A program made the translations under genes and the position numbers. Shown here piece after piece: positions 49,652 through 59,277 of a stretch of DNA of 64,000 nucleotides (its first letter is position 1; every line of letters starts with the position of its first letter). Source of the stretch: Spirochaetia bacterium (GTDB lineage: Bacteria; Spirochaetota; Spirochaetia; DSM-2461). The stretch lies in the NCBI GenBank assembly GCA_963666985.2, contig CAXXIA010000002.1:800001-864000 (forward strand). The letters run 5' to 3'. The notes beneath the pieces were generated by a model. The model did no database searches, had not been told where the DNA came from, and was given only the letters and a program-made list of their open reading frames with translations.

Positions 49652-51595
49652 TTGGTCTCCGAATTTCCCCATCTCTTTCAATCGCTTAAAGTCGGAAATC
49701 TCCGTATTAAGAATCGTATTCAGCTTGCTCCCATGTCGTTCACAATCGTCGGTCCGAAAGGCGGTTATTCCAAAGACAATATTGCATTCTATGAGGCCGT
49801 GGCCAAAGGCGGTACGGGACTTGTTACCCTGGGAGAAGCCATCGTTTCTCTAAAAAACGGAAAAACGCATCCTCATATGGTCAGAATCTGCGATCCTGAA
49901 GTCTTTCCGACTCTCGCGGATGTGGCGGAAGCGATCCATCGGCACAACGCCCTTATTTCCATTGAAATTTCACATGGCGGGGGGGCCGATCTCTGCCTGC
50001 CCTCCTATAACGACGGCCGCAACCCCATGGGCCCGACAGCTTTTATACGGGAAGACGGCGTTCAAGTCGACGAAATGGATGAATCCATGATGAACGACGT
50101 GGCCGACGAGTTCGCCGATGCCGCGGAGACTCTGAAGCGGGCGGGCTTCGATATGGTCCAAATCCATGCCGGACACGGATGGCTTTTAAGTCAGTTCTTA
50201 TCTCCTTTTAATAATAAGCGGACGGACAAATACGGCGGATCTTTAGAAAATCGCGCCCGATTCCCTCTGATGGTTATCGACAGAGTTCGGGAACGGGTAG
50301 GTGGAAACTTTCCCCTGGAAATGCGCATCAGCGGAACCGAAAAAAGAGAAAACGGCTGGGAGCTGGAAGATGCCGTCGAGTTCTGCCGGATGGCTGAAGA
50401 TAAAATCGACTACATCCAAGTTTCCGCCGGGGGAATATTCAGCGAAGACGGAACCCACATTATGTCTCCGGGGATGTTCCTGCCCAGAGGCTGCAATGTC
50501 TATTTGGCGGAAGCCGTCAAAAAGGCGGTGAAGATTCCCGTAGCCTGCGTGGGCGGAATAGCCGAACCGGAAATGATGGAAGACATCATCGCTTCGGGTA
50601 AAGCGGACATGGTGACTCTGGGCAGGGCGCTCATCGCGGATACCGATCTTCCGAACAAAGCGAAATACGGCCGAACCGATGAAATCTTTCGCTGCCTCAG
50701 GTGCACCGAATGCCACGGGCGTCTTTTTGCCAAGGGTTCCATGAAGTGCCAAATCAATCCGAAAGTCGGAAGAGAATACGAAAACCAATTCATGATTCCT
50801 CCCGCCGAGTATTCCAAAAAAATTCTTATCGCCGGAGGCGGCCCCGCCGGCATGCAGGCCGCCATAACGGCCTCCGAGCGCGGGCATGATGTGATCCTTT
50901 GTGAAAAGAAGGATTCTCTCGGAGGCGCGCTGCAATTCGCCGATAACGAACCGTTCAAAGCGGATCTGGCCTACTTCTATAAGCAGCTTATTCACCGGCT
51001 TCAAAAAAGCGGCGCGGAAGTCAGACTCGGCACGCAGGTAACGCCGGAACTGGTGAAGGACGCCGCACCGGAAGTTCTGATTTGCGCCGTCGGGGCCGAG
51101 CCGATCATTCCGAGAATCCCCGGTATCGATTCCCCTCATGTTATTCTGGGAACTCAAGTCTATTCCAAGGCCGATTCCCTCGGTGAAAACATCATCATTA
51201 TCGGCGGGGGACTGATCGGGTGCGAATTGGCCGTCCATTTCTCCTCCGAGGGGAAAAAGGTCACGATTATCGAAATGCTGGACGATATCGCCCCGGAGAC
51301 GAATCCTCCGCATAAAAACTCCCTGAACCATGCGCTCAAAGGAGTCGATATCAAAACCAAAACACGATGTATCGCCATAGACGAAACGGGAGTAACCGCT
51401 CTGAATGAAAATAATGAGGGAATTCGGATTCCCGGAGATAACGTTATCGTCTCGGTGGGCATGAAGTCGCTTTCCGATACGGTAAACGGCCTGGAAGGAC
51501 TGACAACCGATTACATCGTTATCGGCGACTGCGGAAAACCGGGTAAAGTCGGCGACGCGATTCACGGCGGCTATAACGCCGCCAGAGATCTTTAG
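49652..51595 (+). CDS. NADH:flavin oxidoreductase (OYE barrel, [4Fe-4S], FAD/NAD domain)
   Basis: KNRIQLAPM, HAGHGWLLSQFLSP..NKRTDKYGGSLENRARF, CLRCTEC..C, IAGGGPAG, IIGGGLIG; TTG start. Confidence 0.93.
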   Translation: MVSEFPHLFQSLKVGNLRIKNRIQLAPMSFTIVGPKGGYSKDNIAFYEAVAKGGTGLVTLGEAIVSLKNGKTHPHMVRICDPEVFPTLADVAEAIHRHNALISIEISHGGGADLCLPSYNDGRNPMGPTAFIREDGVQVDEMDESMMNDVADEFADAAETLKRAGFDMVQIHAGHGWLLSQFLSPFNNKRTDKYGGSLENRARFPLMVIDRVRERVGGNFPLEMRISGTEKRENGWELEDAVEFCRMAEDKIDYIQVSAGGIFSEDGTHIMSPGMFLPRGCNVYLAEAVKKAVKIPVACVGGIAEPEMMEDIIASGKADMVTLGRALIADTDLPNKAKYGRTDEIFRCLRCTECHGRLFAKGSMKCQINPKVGREYENQFMIPPAEYSKKILIAGGGPAGMQAAITASERGHDVILCEKKDSLGGALQFADNEPFKADLAYFYKQLIHRLQKSGAEVRLGTQVTPELVKDAAPEVLICAVGAEPIIPRIPGIDSPHVILGTQVYSKADSLGENIIIIGGGLIGCELAVHFSSEGKKVTIIEMLDDIAPETNPPHKNSLNHALKGVDIKTKTRCIAIDETGVTALNENNEGIRIPGDNVIVSVGMKSLSDTVNGLEGLTTDYIVIGDCGKPGKVGDAIHGGYNAARDL

Positions 51596-51651
51596 GTAAA
51601 AACTTTTGCCGAAAGATCGGCAGAGTTTAAATATTTTCTGGAGGTACAGAA

Positions 51652-52707
51652 ATGAAAAGGAGACTCTTAATTCTCGCGGTCTTTTTCGTTATTACCGGAG
51701 GCATGACACTGTATGCCGCCGGCGGAGCGGAGGGTGCGTCAGGCGGGCAGCAAGGTCCCATCGAACTGAAGTACAACGACTTCAATTCCTCAGGTATTGG
51801 AATTACCATGATGACTGAAAAATACCTGAATGAAGTTGAAACGCTTACCGAAGGACGGGTTAAGATTACCTGTTACTTCAACGGCAGTCTGATTAAGTAT
51901 CCCGAAACCTTTCAGGGCATATCCAACGGCGTGGCCGATATTACCTATTACATGATCGGCGGCACTCCGGGCGTTCATCAGCTGAATGAAGTGTTCAACC
52001 TGCCGTTCCTCGGGTTCAAAGACAGCCCGAGCGCTTTGCGGGTTTACAACAAAATGCTGGAGGATTATCCGGCTCTTCAGGAAGAAAACGAACAGTACAA
52101 TGTTCGGGCTTTGGCCATCCATCCCATGCTTCCGTTCCACCTGCATATGACCGACAAACTTTGCAGAACTCCGGCCGACATGAAGGGTGAGAAAATCCTT
52201 GCCGAAGGACACAACGCCGTTATGTTCAGCGATATGGGAGCTTCGGCCATGAATATGGGTCCTCAGGATTGGTACACATCCCTGCAGAGAAACGTGGTAA
52301 ACGGACACTTCACCCACTTCGTCGTTCCCATGGAATTTAAAACCGACGAACTGCTGAAATACCACACCATGTTCGGAGAAGGCGGCGGCGGGAACGGATG
52401 CATCGTCTACCTCGTCAATCTGGATTCCTGGAACAAATTAACTCCGGAAGATCAGAAAATCGTCGGCGATGTGTTCCAAAAGATTAATGAGGAAGCCGTT
52501 ACACTTGATCTCGGACTTCAGGAAAAGGCCTTTGCCAGCCTTGAGGCGCAGGGAGGTCATACCATCGTGACACTCACACCCGCCGAAATGGAACTCTGGC
52601 GAAAAGCCGCGCAGCCGGCGATCAACGAATGGATTGAAGCCACCGAATCCAAGGGTCTTCCCGGAAAAAGAATCTATAAAGCCATCACCGAACTGGCGGC
52701 TCAATAA
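51652..52707 (+). CDS. dctP: TRAP transporter substrate-binding protein (DctP-like)
   Basis: Signal peptide; TEGRVKI..NGSL, GVADI, LPFLG, YTSLQRNVVNG, WNKLTPEDQK. Confidence 0.9.
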   Translation: MKRRLLILAVFFVITGGMTLYAAGGAEGASGGQQGPIELKYNDFNSSGIGITMMTEKYLNEVETLTEGRVKITCYFNGSLIKYPETFQGISNGVADITYYMIGGTPGVHQLNEVFNLPFLGFKDSPSALRVYNKMLEDYPALQEENEQYNVRALAIHPMLPFHLHMTDKLCRTPADMKGEKILAEGHNAVMFSDMGASAMNMGPQDWYTSLQRNVVNGHFTHFVVPMEFKTDELLKYHTMFGEGGGGNGCIVYLVNLDSWNKLTPEDQKIVGDVFQKINEEAVTLDLGLQEKAFASLEAQGGHTIVTLTPAEMELWRKAAQPAINEWIEATESKGLPGKRIYKAITELAAQ

Positions 52708-52717
52708 ACAGATTGAG

Positions 52718-52770
52718 AATGCATTCCGTGTCTTCCCGATTTTTCGCGGAGGCACGGAAATGCATTTTTT
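52718..52770 (+). terminator. Stem-loop with T-tract after dctP
   Basis: AATGCATTCCGTG...CACGGAAATGCATT followed by a T run. Confidence 0.6.
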
Positions 52771-52797
52771 AGTTTTCAAAGAAAGAACAGGTTTTCC

Positions 52798-53295
52798 ATG
52801 AATAAATTTATTAAGTGGTTCGTTTCCATACCGGCAATCGTTGCGGGATCGGTTCTGATTCTCATTATGCTCTTAACCACCCTCGATGTTATTATGCGGT
52901 TTTTCTTCAACGCGCCCATTACGGGCAGTTCGGAAATAACTCAGCGCTTCATCATCGTTGCCGGATTTCTGGGTATAGGCTGGTGTGCTTTGAATAATCA
53001 GCATATCAAGGTTGATATTCTGGTGGGGAAACTTCCTCCCAAGGGGCAGAAAGTCTTTACGATTTTTAATTACCTTGTCGTCGGCATCATCAGTGCTCTC
53101 ATCGGAACGCAAAGCTTTAAGCAGGCGGCTCTTGTGAAAAAGATGCATGTCCAGTCACAGCTTCTTGGAATCCCGAATTTTCCCTTTTACTATGTCGTGT
53201 CCGTTTCTTACTTTATTTTGTTTATCACGATTTTATTCCTGCTTGTTATGACGATTCTCAACAAAAATCCTGAGGTGGAAGATCATGAGTCCTGA
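52798..53295 (+). CDS. dctQ: TRAP transporter small permease
   Basis: Four TM helices, DVIMRFFFNAPITGSSEI, HIKVDIL. Confidence 0.92.
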   Translation: MNKFIKWFVSIPAIVAGSVLILIMLLTTLDVIMRFFFNAPITGSSEITQRFIIVAGFLGIGWCALNNQHIKVDILVGKLPPKGQKVFTIFNYLVVGIISALIGTQSFKQAALVKKMHVQSQLLGIPNFPFYYVVSVSYFILFITILFLLVMTILNKNPEVEDHES

Positions 53296-54586
53296 ACTAA
53301 TCGGCATCATCGGAATAGTTGTTCTTCTCGTCTTGATCTTCATGCGCGTCTGGATCGGTTTCGCCATGACGGCCGTCGGACTCGTCGGATACTGGATTCT
53401 CGAAGGATGGACCAGAACCGCCGTTATGATAGGAACCGAGCCATTCAGCCAAATCTCGGACCTGACTCTGGCCACCATTCCTCTTTTCGTCCTTATGGGA
53501 GCCGTTATTTCGAACACCAATCTGGGAAAAGATCTCTTCGAGACGGCATCCAAATGGATCGGTTCCATCCGCGGCGGGCTTGCATCCGCAACCGTATTGG
53601 CCTGCGCAGCTTTCGCGGCGGTTTGCGGTCATACATCGGCAACATCCATTACCATGGGCAAGATCGCCCTGCCGGAAATGAAGCGCTATAAATACAATGA
53701 GAAGTTCGCGGCCGGGGCCTGTACCGCGGGCGGAACCATCGGCATTATGATTCCGCCGAGCATCGCCTTCATCCTCTATGGGCTTATTACCCAAGTGTCC
53801 ATTGGAAAACTCTTTCTCGCCGGTTTTATTCCCGGAATCCTGCAGGCCGTTTTCTATATGGCAACCATCATGATCATCACCCGCATTAAACCGGATTGGG
53901 GTCCGGCGACTTCGCAGAAATTCACCATGAAGGAAAAACTCGGCTCGCTGAAACTCAGCGGACCGGTTATGCTCATTTTCCTCATCGCCATCGGCGGTAT
54001 TTACCTGGGCGTTTTTACTCCGACCGAAGCCGGTGCCGGCGGCGCTTTCGCGGCCATTATTATTTCCCTTATCGCCAAACGCCTGAAATGGCCGCAGTTT
54101 AAAGGTACGATGCTGGAAACCACCATGATGACCGGTATGATGATCGCGCTCATGGCCGGTGCTTATATTTTTCAGCGTTTCATTACAGTCAGCAAAGTCC
54201 CCTTTCTCATCAGCGACAGCATCGCCGCCATGGGGCTGGGAAAAACACAATTCATGCTGGTTGTGGTTTTCTTCTACCTTTTCCTCGGCTGCTTCATGGA
54301 CATCTTCGGGGCCATTATTCTGACCATTCCCATCATCATGCCCACGGTCAACGCACTGGGAATCAATCCCGTTTGGTTCGGCGTTATCGTTGTCAGGCTT
54401 ATGGAAATCGGCCTGATTACTCCTCCGCTGGGAATGGATGTTTTCACCTTCAGCGGCGCCATGAAAATCCCAACCGGAACGGTTTTCCGGGGAATCGCTC
54501 CCTTTGTTCTGGCGGATTTCCTGCACTTAATGCTTCTGCTCTTCATTCCTCAGCTTTCGCTGTTCCTGGCCGGCGGCGGAATGTAG
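53285..54586 (+). CDS. dctM: TRAP transporter large permease
   Basis: IPLFVLMG, GGLASA, GGTIGIMIPPS, FTPTEAG, GLITPPLG. Confidence 0.95.
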   Translation: MSPELIGIIGIVVLLVLIFMRVWIGFAMTAVGLVGYWILEGWTRTAVMIGTEPFSQISDLTLATIPLFVLMGAVISNTNLGKDLFETASKWIGSIRGGLASATVLACAAFAAVCGHTSATSITMGKIALPEMKRYKYNEKFAAGACTAGGTIGIMIPPSIAFILYGLITQVSIGKLFLAGFIPGILQAVFYMATIMIITRIKPDWGPATSQKFTMKEKLGSLKLSGPVMLIFLIAIGGIYLGVFTPTEAGAGGAFAAIIISLIAKRLKWPQFKGTMLETTMMTGMMIALMAGAYIFQRFITVSKVPFLISDSIAAMGLGKTQFMLVVVFFYLFLGCFMDIFGAIILTIPIIMPTVNALGINPVWFGVIVVRLMEIGLITPPLGMDVFTFSGAMKIPTGTVFRGIAPFVLADFLHLMLLLFIPQLSLFLAGGGM

Positions 54587-54695
54587 TTAAAAATTGTTTT
54601 AGCCTTATAGGTGAAACCAATCGGCGCGTGACCGGTCGAAGACTTCGATCGATCCACGTGCCGTTTTCATATTTCAATAAAACGGAGGAATTTAC

Positions 54696-56654
54696 ATGAA
54701 TACATATCCGCATGTTTTCAGTCCTTACACAATAAAAAAGACAACGTTCAAGAACCGAATTTTCGCCGCACCGGCAACGACAAACCGAATCGCCATCGGC
54801 GGCGCACCGACCCAGGAAGGTATCGATACCTACGAAACCCGCGCCCGCGGAGGCTTCGCCCAGGTAACCGTTACCGAAACGTTCGTGGATTTCGAATACG
54901 CCGCCAGGCATGAACACGGTTTGGATTTGGTTTCTCCCCATCAAACAACCCACCATATGGAATCCATCGCCATTCTGACCGATGCCATCCGCTGTCACGG
55001 TGCGGTTCCTTCCATACAGCTCAACCATGTGGGGAACGTGAACCATCCGGACTCACTGGGCGGTAAAAATCCCATCGGTCCCTCGGCCATGGTTCGGCCC
55101 GACGGCGTTCGGATCGACGAAATGGACGAAGCGATGATTGAGCATGTCTCGGACAATTTCGCCAATGCCTGCGGCGCGGCCAAAGCTTTCGGTTTCGAGA
55201 TGATTATGCTTCACGGAGGACACGGGTGGCTCCTCAGTCAATTCACCTCCCCTCTTTCCAATAAAAGAACGGACCGATGGGGCGGGAATCTGGAAAACAG
55301 GGCCCGCTTCGCCATGCTCGTTCTGGATAAGGTACGGAAAGAAGTCGGAGATGACTTTCTGATTGAATACCGTGTTTCCGGCGATGAACGGATCGAAGGC
55401 GGCATGCACCTGGATGAGACGGTGGAATTCTGCAAAATGATCCAGGATAAGGTGGATATCATTCACGTTACCTCAGGGATTTACCACTCTCATGTTGAAA
55501 CCAAAGCCTTTTCCAGCATGTTCGACGATCACGGATGCAATATCGATCTTGCCGCCGCAGTCAAAAAGGCCGTGAATATTCCGGTCGTATCCGTCGGCGG
55601 CTACAATGACCCGGCTCTGGCAGAGAAAGTGATCGCCGAAGGCCTCTGCGATTTCGTGGCACTCGGCAGGCAGCAATTGGCCGATCCCGAATGGGTGAAT
55701 AAAGCTCTTACCGGGCGGGCCGATGAAATCGCGCCCTGTCTGCGCTGCAGCTGCTTCAATCCCCTGGCGGCGGATCCGAATGCCCGGCCCACGGCGCCTC
55801 CGTGGACCTGCACCATCAACCCCACATCCGGCCGTGAGCTGAGAATGCGCTGGGCCCCTCAGCCGAAAGGCTCCCGAAACGTTCTGGTTGTCGGAGGCGG
55901 CGTGGGAGGCATGTACGCCGCCGTCACGGCGGCCGAGCGGGGCCATAAGGTGACTCTCTGCGAAAAAGACGACAAACTCGGCGGCATCCTGTGGTTCACC
56001 GAAATCGACTACCACAAAACGGACTTGAAGAAGTATAAGGATTCCCTGATTACACGAATGTCCCGCCTCGGCGTAAAGGTCGAAATGAATACCGAAGTTG
56101 ACAAGGCTTACATCGAGAAGAAGAAGCCCGACGCGGTTATCTGCGCGGTTGGAGCCGAACCCATCGTGCCCCGTATTCCGGGAATCGAAAAAGCCCGCTC
56201 CATTTTCACCGTGTATACCGACTTCGAAAGCCTGGGGCAAAAAGTCGTCGTTATCGGCGGCGGCCTTGTGGGAAGCGAAACCGGTTTTTATCTGGCAGAA
56301 ATGGGAAAGACCGTTCATGTCGTGGAAATGCTCGACGATGTGGCCAAGGACGCCAACGACAGCCACCGCCGGGCTCTGATTCCCCGAATGAAGAAAACCC
56401 TCACCTGGGATGTAAACACCGCCTGTACGGGCATTGAAAACGGCGGCATCACCGTAAAAGGTCCCGACGGAAAGGAACGATTCATTGAGGCCGATACGGT
56501 TGTTTACGCCGTGGGGCTGAAAGCCAAAACCTCCGTGGTGGAATCCTTGCGCGGGGCGGCGAACTGGTTTATCCCCGTGGGCGACTGCATCCGGGCCCGG
56601 CGGGTTGAACAGGCGGTATACGAAGGATATATCGCGGCAATGGATATTCTTTAA
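54696..56654 (+). CDS. Second NADH:flavin oxidoreductase (OYE barrel, Fe-S, FAD/NAD domain)
   Basis: KNRIFAAP, HGGHGWLLSQFTSP..NKRTDRWGGNLENRARF, CLRCSC..C, VVGGGVGG, VIGGGLVG. Confidence 0.93.
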   Translation: MNTYPHVFSPYTIKKTTFKNRIFAAPATTNRIAIGGAPTQEGIDTYETRARGGFAQVTVTETFVDFEYAARHEHGLDLVSPHQTTHHMESIAILTDAIRCHGAVPSIQLNHVGNVNHPDSLGGKNPIGPSAMVRPDGVRIDEMDEAMIEHVSDNFANACGAAKAFGFEMIMLHGGHGWLLSQFTSPLSNKRTDRWGGNLENRARFAMLVLDKVRKEVGDDFLIEYRVSGDERIEGGMHLDETVEFCKMIQDKVDIIHVTSGIYHSHVETKAFSSMFDDHGCNIDLAAAVKKAVNIPVVSVGGYNDPALAEKVIAEGLCDFVALGRQQLADPEWVNKALTGRADEIAPCLRCSCFNPLAADPNARPTAPPWTCTINPTSGRELRMRWAPQPKGSRNVLVVGGGVGGMYAAVTAAERGHKVTLCEKDDKLGGILWFTEIDYHKTDLKKYKDSLITRMSRLGVKVEMNTEVDKAYIEKKKPDAVICAVGAEPIVPRIPGIEKARSIFTVYTDFESLGQKVVVIGGGLVGSETGFYLAEMGKTVHVVEMLDDVAKDANDSHRRALIPRMKKTLTWDVNTACTGIENGGITVKGPDGKERFIEADTVVYAVGLKAKTSVVESLRGAANWFIPVGDCIRARRVEQAVYEGYIAAMDIL

Positions 56655-56695
56655 GGGGTAAAAGGAGGATCGCCGTTTCTCGGCGGATTTTCAGT

Positions 56696-56722
56696 CCCCG
56701 GCTCAATGCCGGGGATTTTTTT
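56696..56722 (+). terminator. Rho-independent terminator
   Basis: CCCCGGC-TCAAT-GCCGGGG followed by ATTTTTTT. Confidence 0.75.
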
Positions 56723-57096
56723 CGATTCAACCGGAATCGGCTAATTCGCCCCATCCGCCGGCACACCGTAACCGCCCAGATTCATCGATACCGACGGCTC
56801 TGGCCGGTCGGACTAAGGCCGCAGAACCAAACGAAATCCGATAATACCGCCGCGCGTATCCGGAGGATAACGATACCGGGAGGCGGCACGGCAAAACAAC
56901 ATTAATCGCCTGTTCACCCGAACTCTTCAACTCCCCGCGCAAGACTCTTTAGAAAGAGAGAGAAGTGTTTCTTGATGCTGCGTTCCGGTGAATGAAAGAA
57001 CTCGTGAAGACTTTACTTTTCCGGGAGTCATCCGGTCCGGAAGACTGCTCATTAGGGGCTCCGCTCAATCCCCCACCCCATGATAGCATCATATCC

Positions 57097-57435
57097 ATGG
57101 ACACCATCAGTTGGAACGATTTTGAGAAAGTGGAACTTCGCGTCGGAACTGTTATAAACGTCGAAGAGTTTCCGGAAGCCCGCAAACCCGCGTGGAAAAT
57201 CACGGCCGATTTCGGCAAAGAGATAGGAATCCGAAAAACAAGCGCGCAGATTACCGTACACTACAGCCCTGAGAACCTTATAGGCCGTCAGATTGTCGGC
57301 GTGGTGAACTTCCCGCCCAAACAGATCGGTCCGGTACGCAGTGAATTTCTTCTGACGGGCTTTCCCGATGAAAACGGAGATGTGGTTATCGCCGTACCGG
57401 AACGGCCGGTTCCCAACGGCGGAAAACTGTATTAG
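57097..57435 (+). CDS. csaA: CsaA/Trbp111-family tRNA-binding chaperone
   Basis: [48 protein letters not shown]. Confidence 0.92.
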   Translation: MDTISWNDFEKVELRVGTVINVEEFPEARKPAWKITADFGKEIGIRKTSAQITVHYSPENLIGRQIVGVVNFPPKQIGPVRSEFLLTGFPDENGDVVIAVPERPVPNGGKLY

Positions 57436-57640
57436 TGCGGTATTTCTCTTATAAGCGGCGGCTTATGGAAACGCACCGTTTCATAGTGAAAGTCCCCAAA
57501 GAGCCCCTATAGTCATCCGGCGACCTCAATCCCTTCCAATAAGCCGTCTCTTCGCTCTCTTCGGATAGGGGGACGAATCAGTGACCTATTATTGAAATAA
57601 TAGAAATTTGATATTATAGGGACATCTCAAGAGGTGAGTC

Positions 57641-58009
57641 ATGATTAAGTCCGTCAAGCCTTCAATGAAACAATTATTTGAATATGAAGAAATGTTATTA
57701 ATGAATGACCATAGGAACAATCCGGATTTTATAAAAAAAGTAATCAGCGAAGACTGCGTTGAAATTGATGAATCCGGAATGTCGAACTATAAAAAAGGCA
57801 TGAAACTGGAGCCCATCAAAGGCGTTCTCTACATTACCGATAATTCCTTTGAAAGTAAGTTTTTATCTGATGAGAATTTATTAATAACGTATGAAGCGGT
57901 TCAGGTTAGGAAAAATATCCGAATTAAAGCGAATTGCAGCTCAATATGGCGGAATGAAAACAACGCTTGGAAAGTTATCTTTCACCAAAGAACTATTCTT
58001 AACGTGTAA
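57641..58009 (+). CDS. NTF2-like (DUF4440) protein
   Basis: EIDESG, LLITY, SSIWR....WKVIFHQ pattern; visibly AT-rich. Confidence 0.8.
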   Translation: MIKSVKPSMKQLFEYEEMLLMNDHRNNPDFIKKVISEDCVEIDESGMSNYKKGMKLEPIKGVLYITDNSFESKFLSDENLLITYEAVQVRKNIRIKANCSSIWRNENNAWKVIFHQRTILNV

Positions 58010-58106
58010 TCCGCGGATTTCCCGGGATTGCCCGAAAAAATGATTCCCGCGGCGTCCTTCTCGAAGCCGATATGAATTCTCAATCAGCACCGATAATCGG
58101 CAATCC

Positions 58107-58214
58107 GATCACGCTCACGCTCACGATCACGCTCACGCTCACGATCACGATCACGCTCACGATCAAGATCAAGATCAAGATCAAGATCAAGATCAAGATC
58201 AAGATCAAGATCAC
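58107..58214. repeat. 18-unit hexamer tandem repeat G(A/C)TCA(C/A)
   Basis: Nine mixed GATCAC/GCTCAC units, then eight GATCAA, then one GATCAC (108 bp). Confidence 0.95.
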
Positions 58215-58246
58215 GAATCCTCCCGAATAACAATTCGGGAGGATTC
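58215..58246. terminator. Hairpin between convergent genes
   Basis: GAATCCTCCCGAAT-AACA-ATTCGGGAGGATTC, perfect 14-bp stem, 14 nt after the permease stop. Confidence 0.75.
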
Positions 58247-58260
58247 AAACATAATCTCGG

Positions 58261-59277
58261 CTATTCTTCCGCAGGCGGCTGACCGGCAACGAGCTTCGCC
58301 CGTTTCTCGGTGGCCTCGGTCTGCAGGGTATCCAGGGTAATGGCCAGAAGAAGAACAATTCCCATGGCAACGTACTGCCAGTATTGATTCAGGTTCATCA
58401 GGTTCATACCGTTGTTCAGAAGACCGATAATCAGCATACCGACGACCATATTGTTCATCTTTCCGCCGCCGCCGCCCATCTTAATACCGCCCAGCATGGC
58501 ACCGGCCATAACGGTGAATTCCGCGCCGATACCGGTTCCCGAACTCGACGCACCGATACGTCCGGCACACATAATGGATCCCAACGCAACAAAGACTCCC
58601 GCAACGGAGAATACAAGAACCCTCATTTTGGCAAGATTAACGCCGGAAAGGGCCACCGCTTCGGGGTTGGAACCCAGGGCATAAATATTCCGTCCGAAAT
58701 AGGTCTTATTGAGAATGAAAGCTCCCAGCATGATGATAAGAATCATCACGATAATGCCTATGGGAAAAGTGAGGTTTCCCGAGGCCAATCTGAAAGTAAT
58801 GTTATACCCTCCTAAAAACTTAAAGCCCGGAGTAAAGGTTCTGAAAGTCTTGGAATTGGAGAGGAGGTAGGTTACACCGTTTAAAATGTACTGTGTGGCC
58901 AAGGTAATCATGAAGGGGAAAACTTTTAGCCTGGCGTAAATGGCGCCGTTTACGGTTCCCAGAAAAATTCCCAGGGCGAAGCCGACAAGAATAATCAGCA
59001 GTGTATTGCTTCCGCTCTTGGCCATCAGCCCCATTACAACGGCTATCGTCGATACCTGATATCCGATTGAAAGGTCCAAACCGCCCGAAAGCATGATAAA
59101 CGTTATGCCGACGCCGATAATCAGCAGATAGACATTCTGATTGACCACATTGATCAGGTTTTGAGGATTCAGAAAAGTCCCGCCGGTTGTAATGGCGAAA
59201 ATGATGATGAGAACCACAAGAACGAGATACATTATATAATCTCTTAAGATTTTGGACATTGACTGCTTAAAGCTCAT
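58261..59277 (-). CDS. CUT2 (ribose-type) ABC permease
   Basis: GGLDLSIG, FMITLA, TYFGRNIYALGSNPEAVALSGV. Confidence 0.93.
   Translation of the reverse strand: MSFKQSMSKILRDYIMYLVLVVLIIIFAITTGGTFLNPQNLINVVNQNVYLLIIGVGITFIMLSGGLDLSIGYQVSTIAVVMGLMAKSGSNTLLIILVGFALGIFLGTVNGAIYARLKVFPFMITLATQYILNGVTYLLSNSKTFRTFTPGFKFLGGYNITFRLASGNLTFPIGIIVMILIIMLGAFILNKTYFGRNIYALGSNPEAVALSGVNLAKMRVLVFSVAGVFVALGSIMCAGRIGASSSGTGIGAEFTVMAGAMLGGIKMGGGGGKMNNMVVGMLIIGLLNNGMNLMNLNQYWQYVAMGIVLLLAITLDTLQTEATEKRAKLVAGQPPAEE

Noticed and set aside
49652..56654. Bilirubin reductase BilR assignment
   Set aside because: Neither enzyme shows the HGDR motif reported for BilR
58107..58214. Possible CRISPR array or repeat-protein gene
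   Set aside because: Units are 6 bp with no spacers, no cas genes are present, and there is no convincing start or RBS for a repeat ORF
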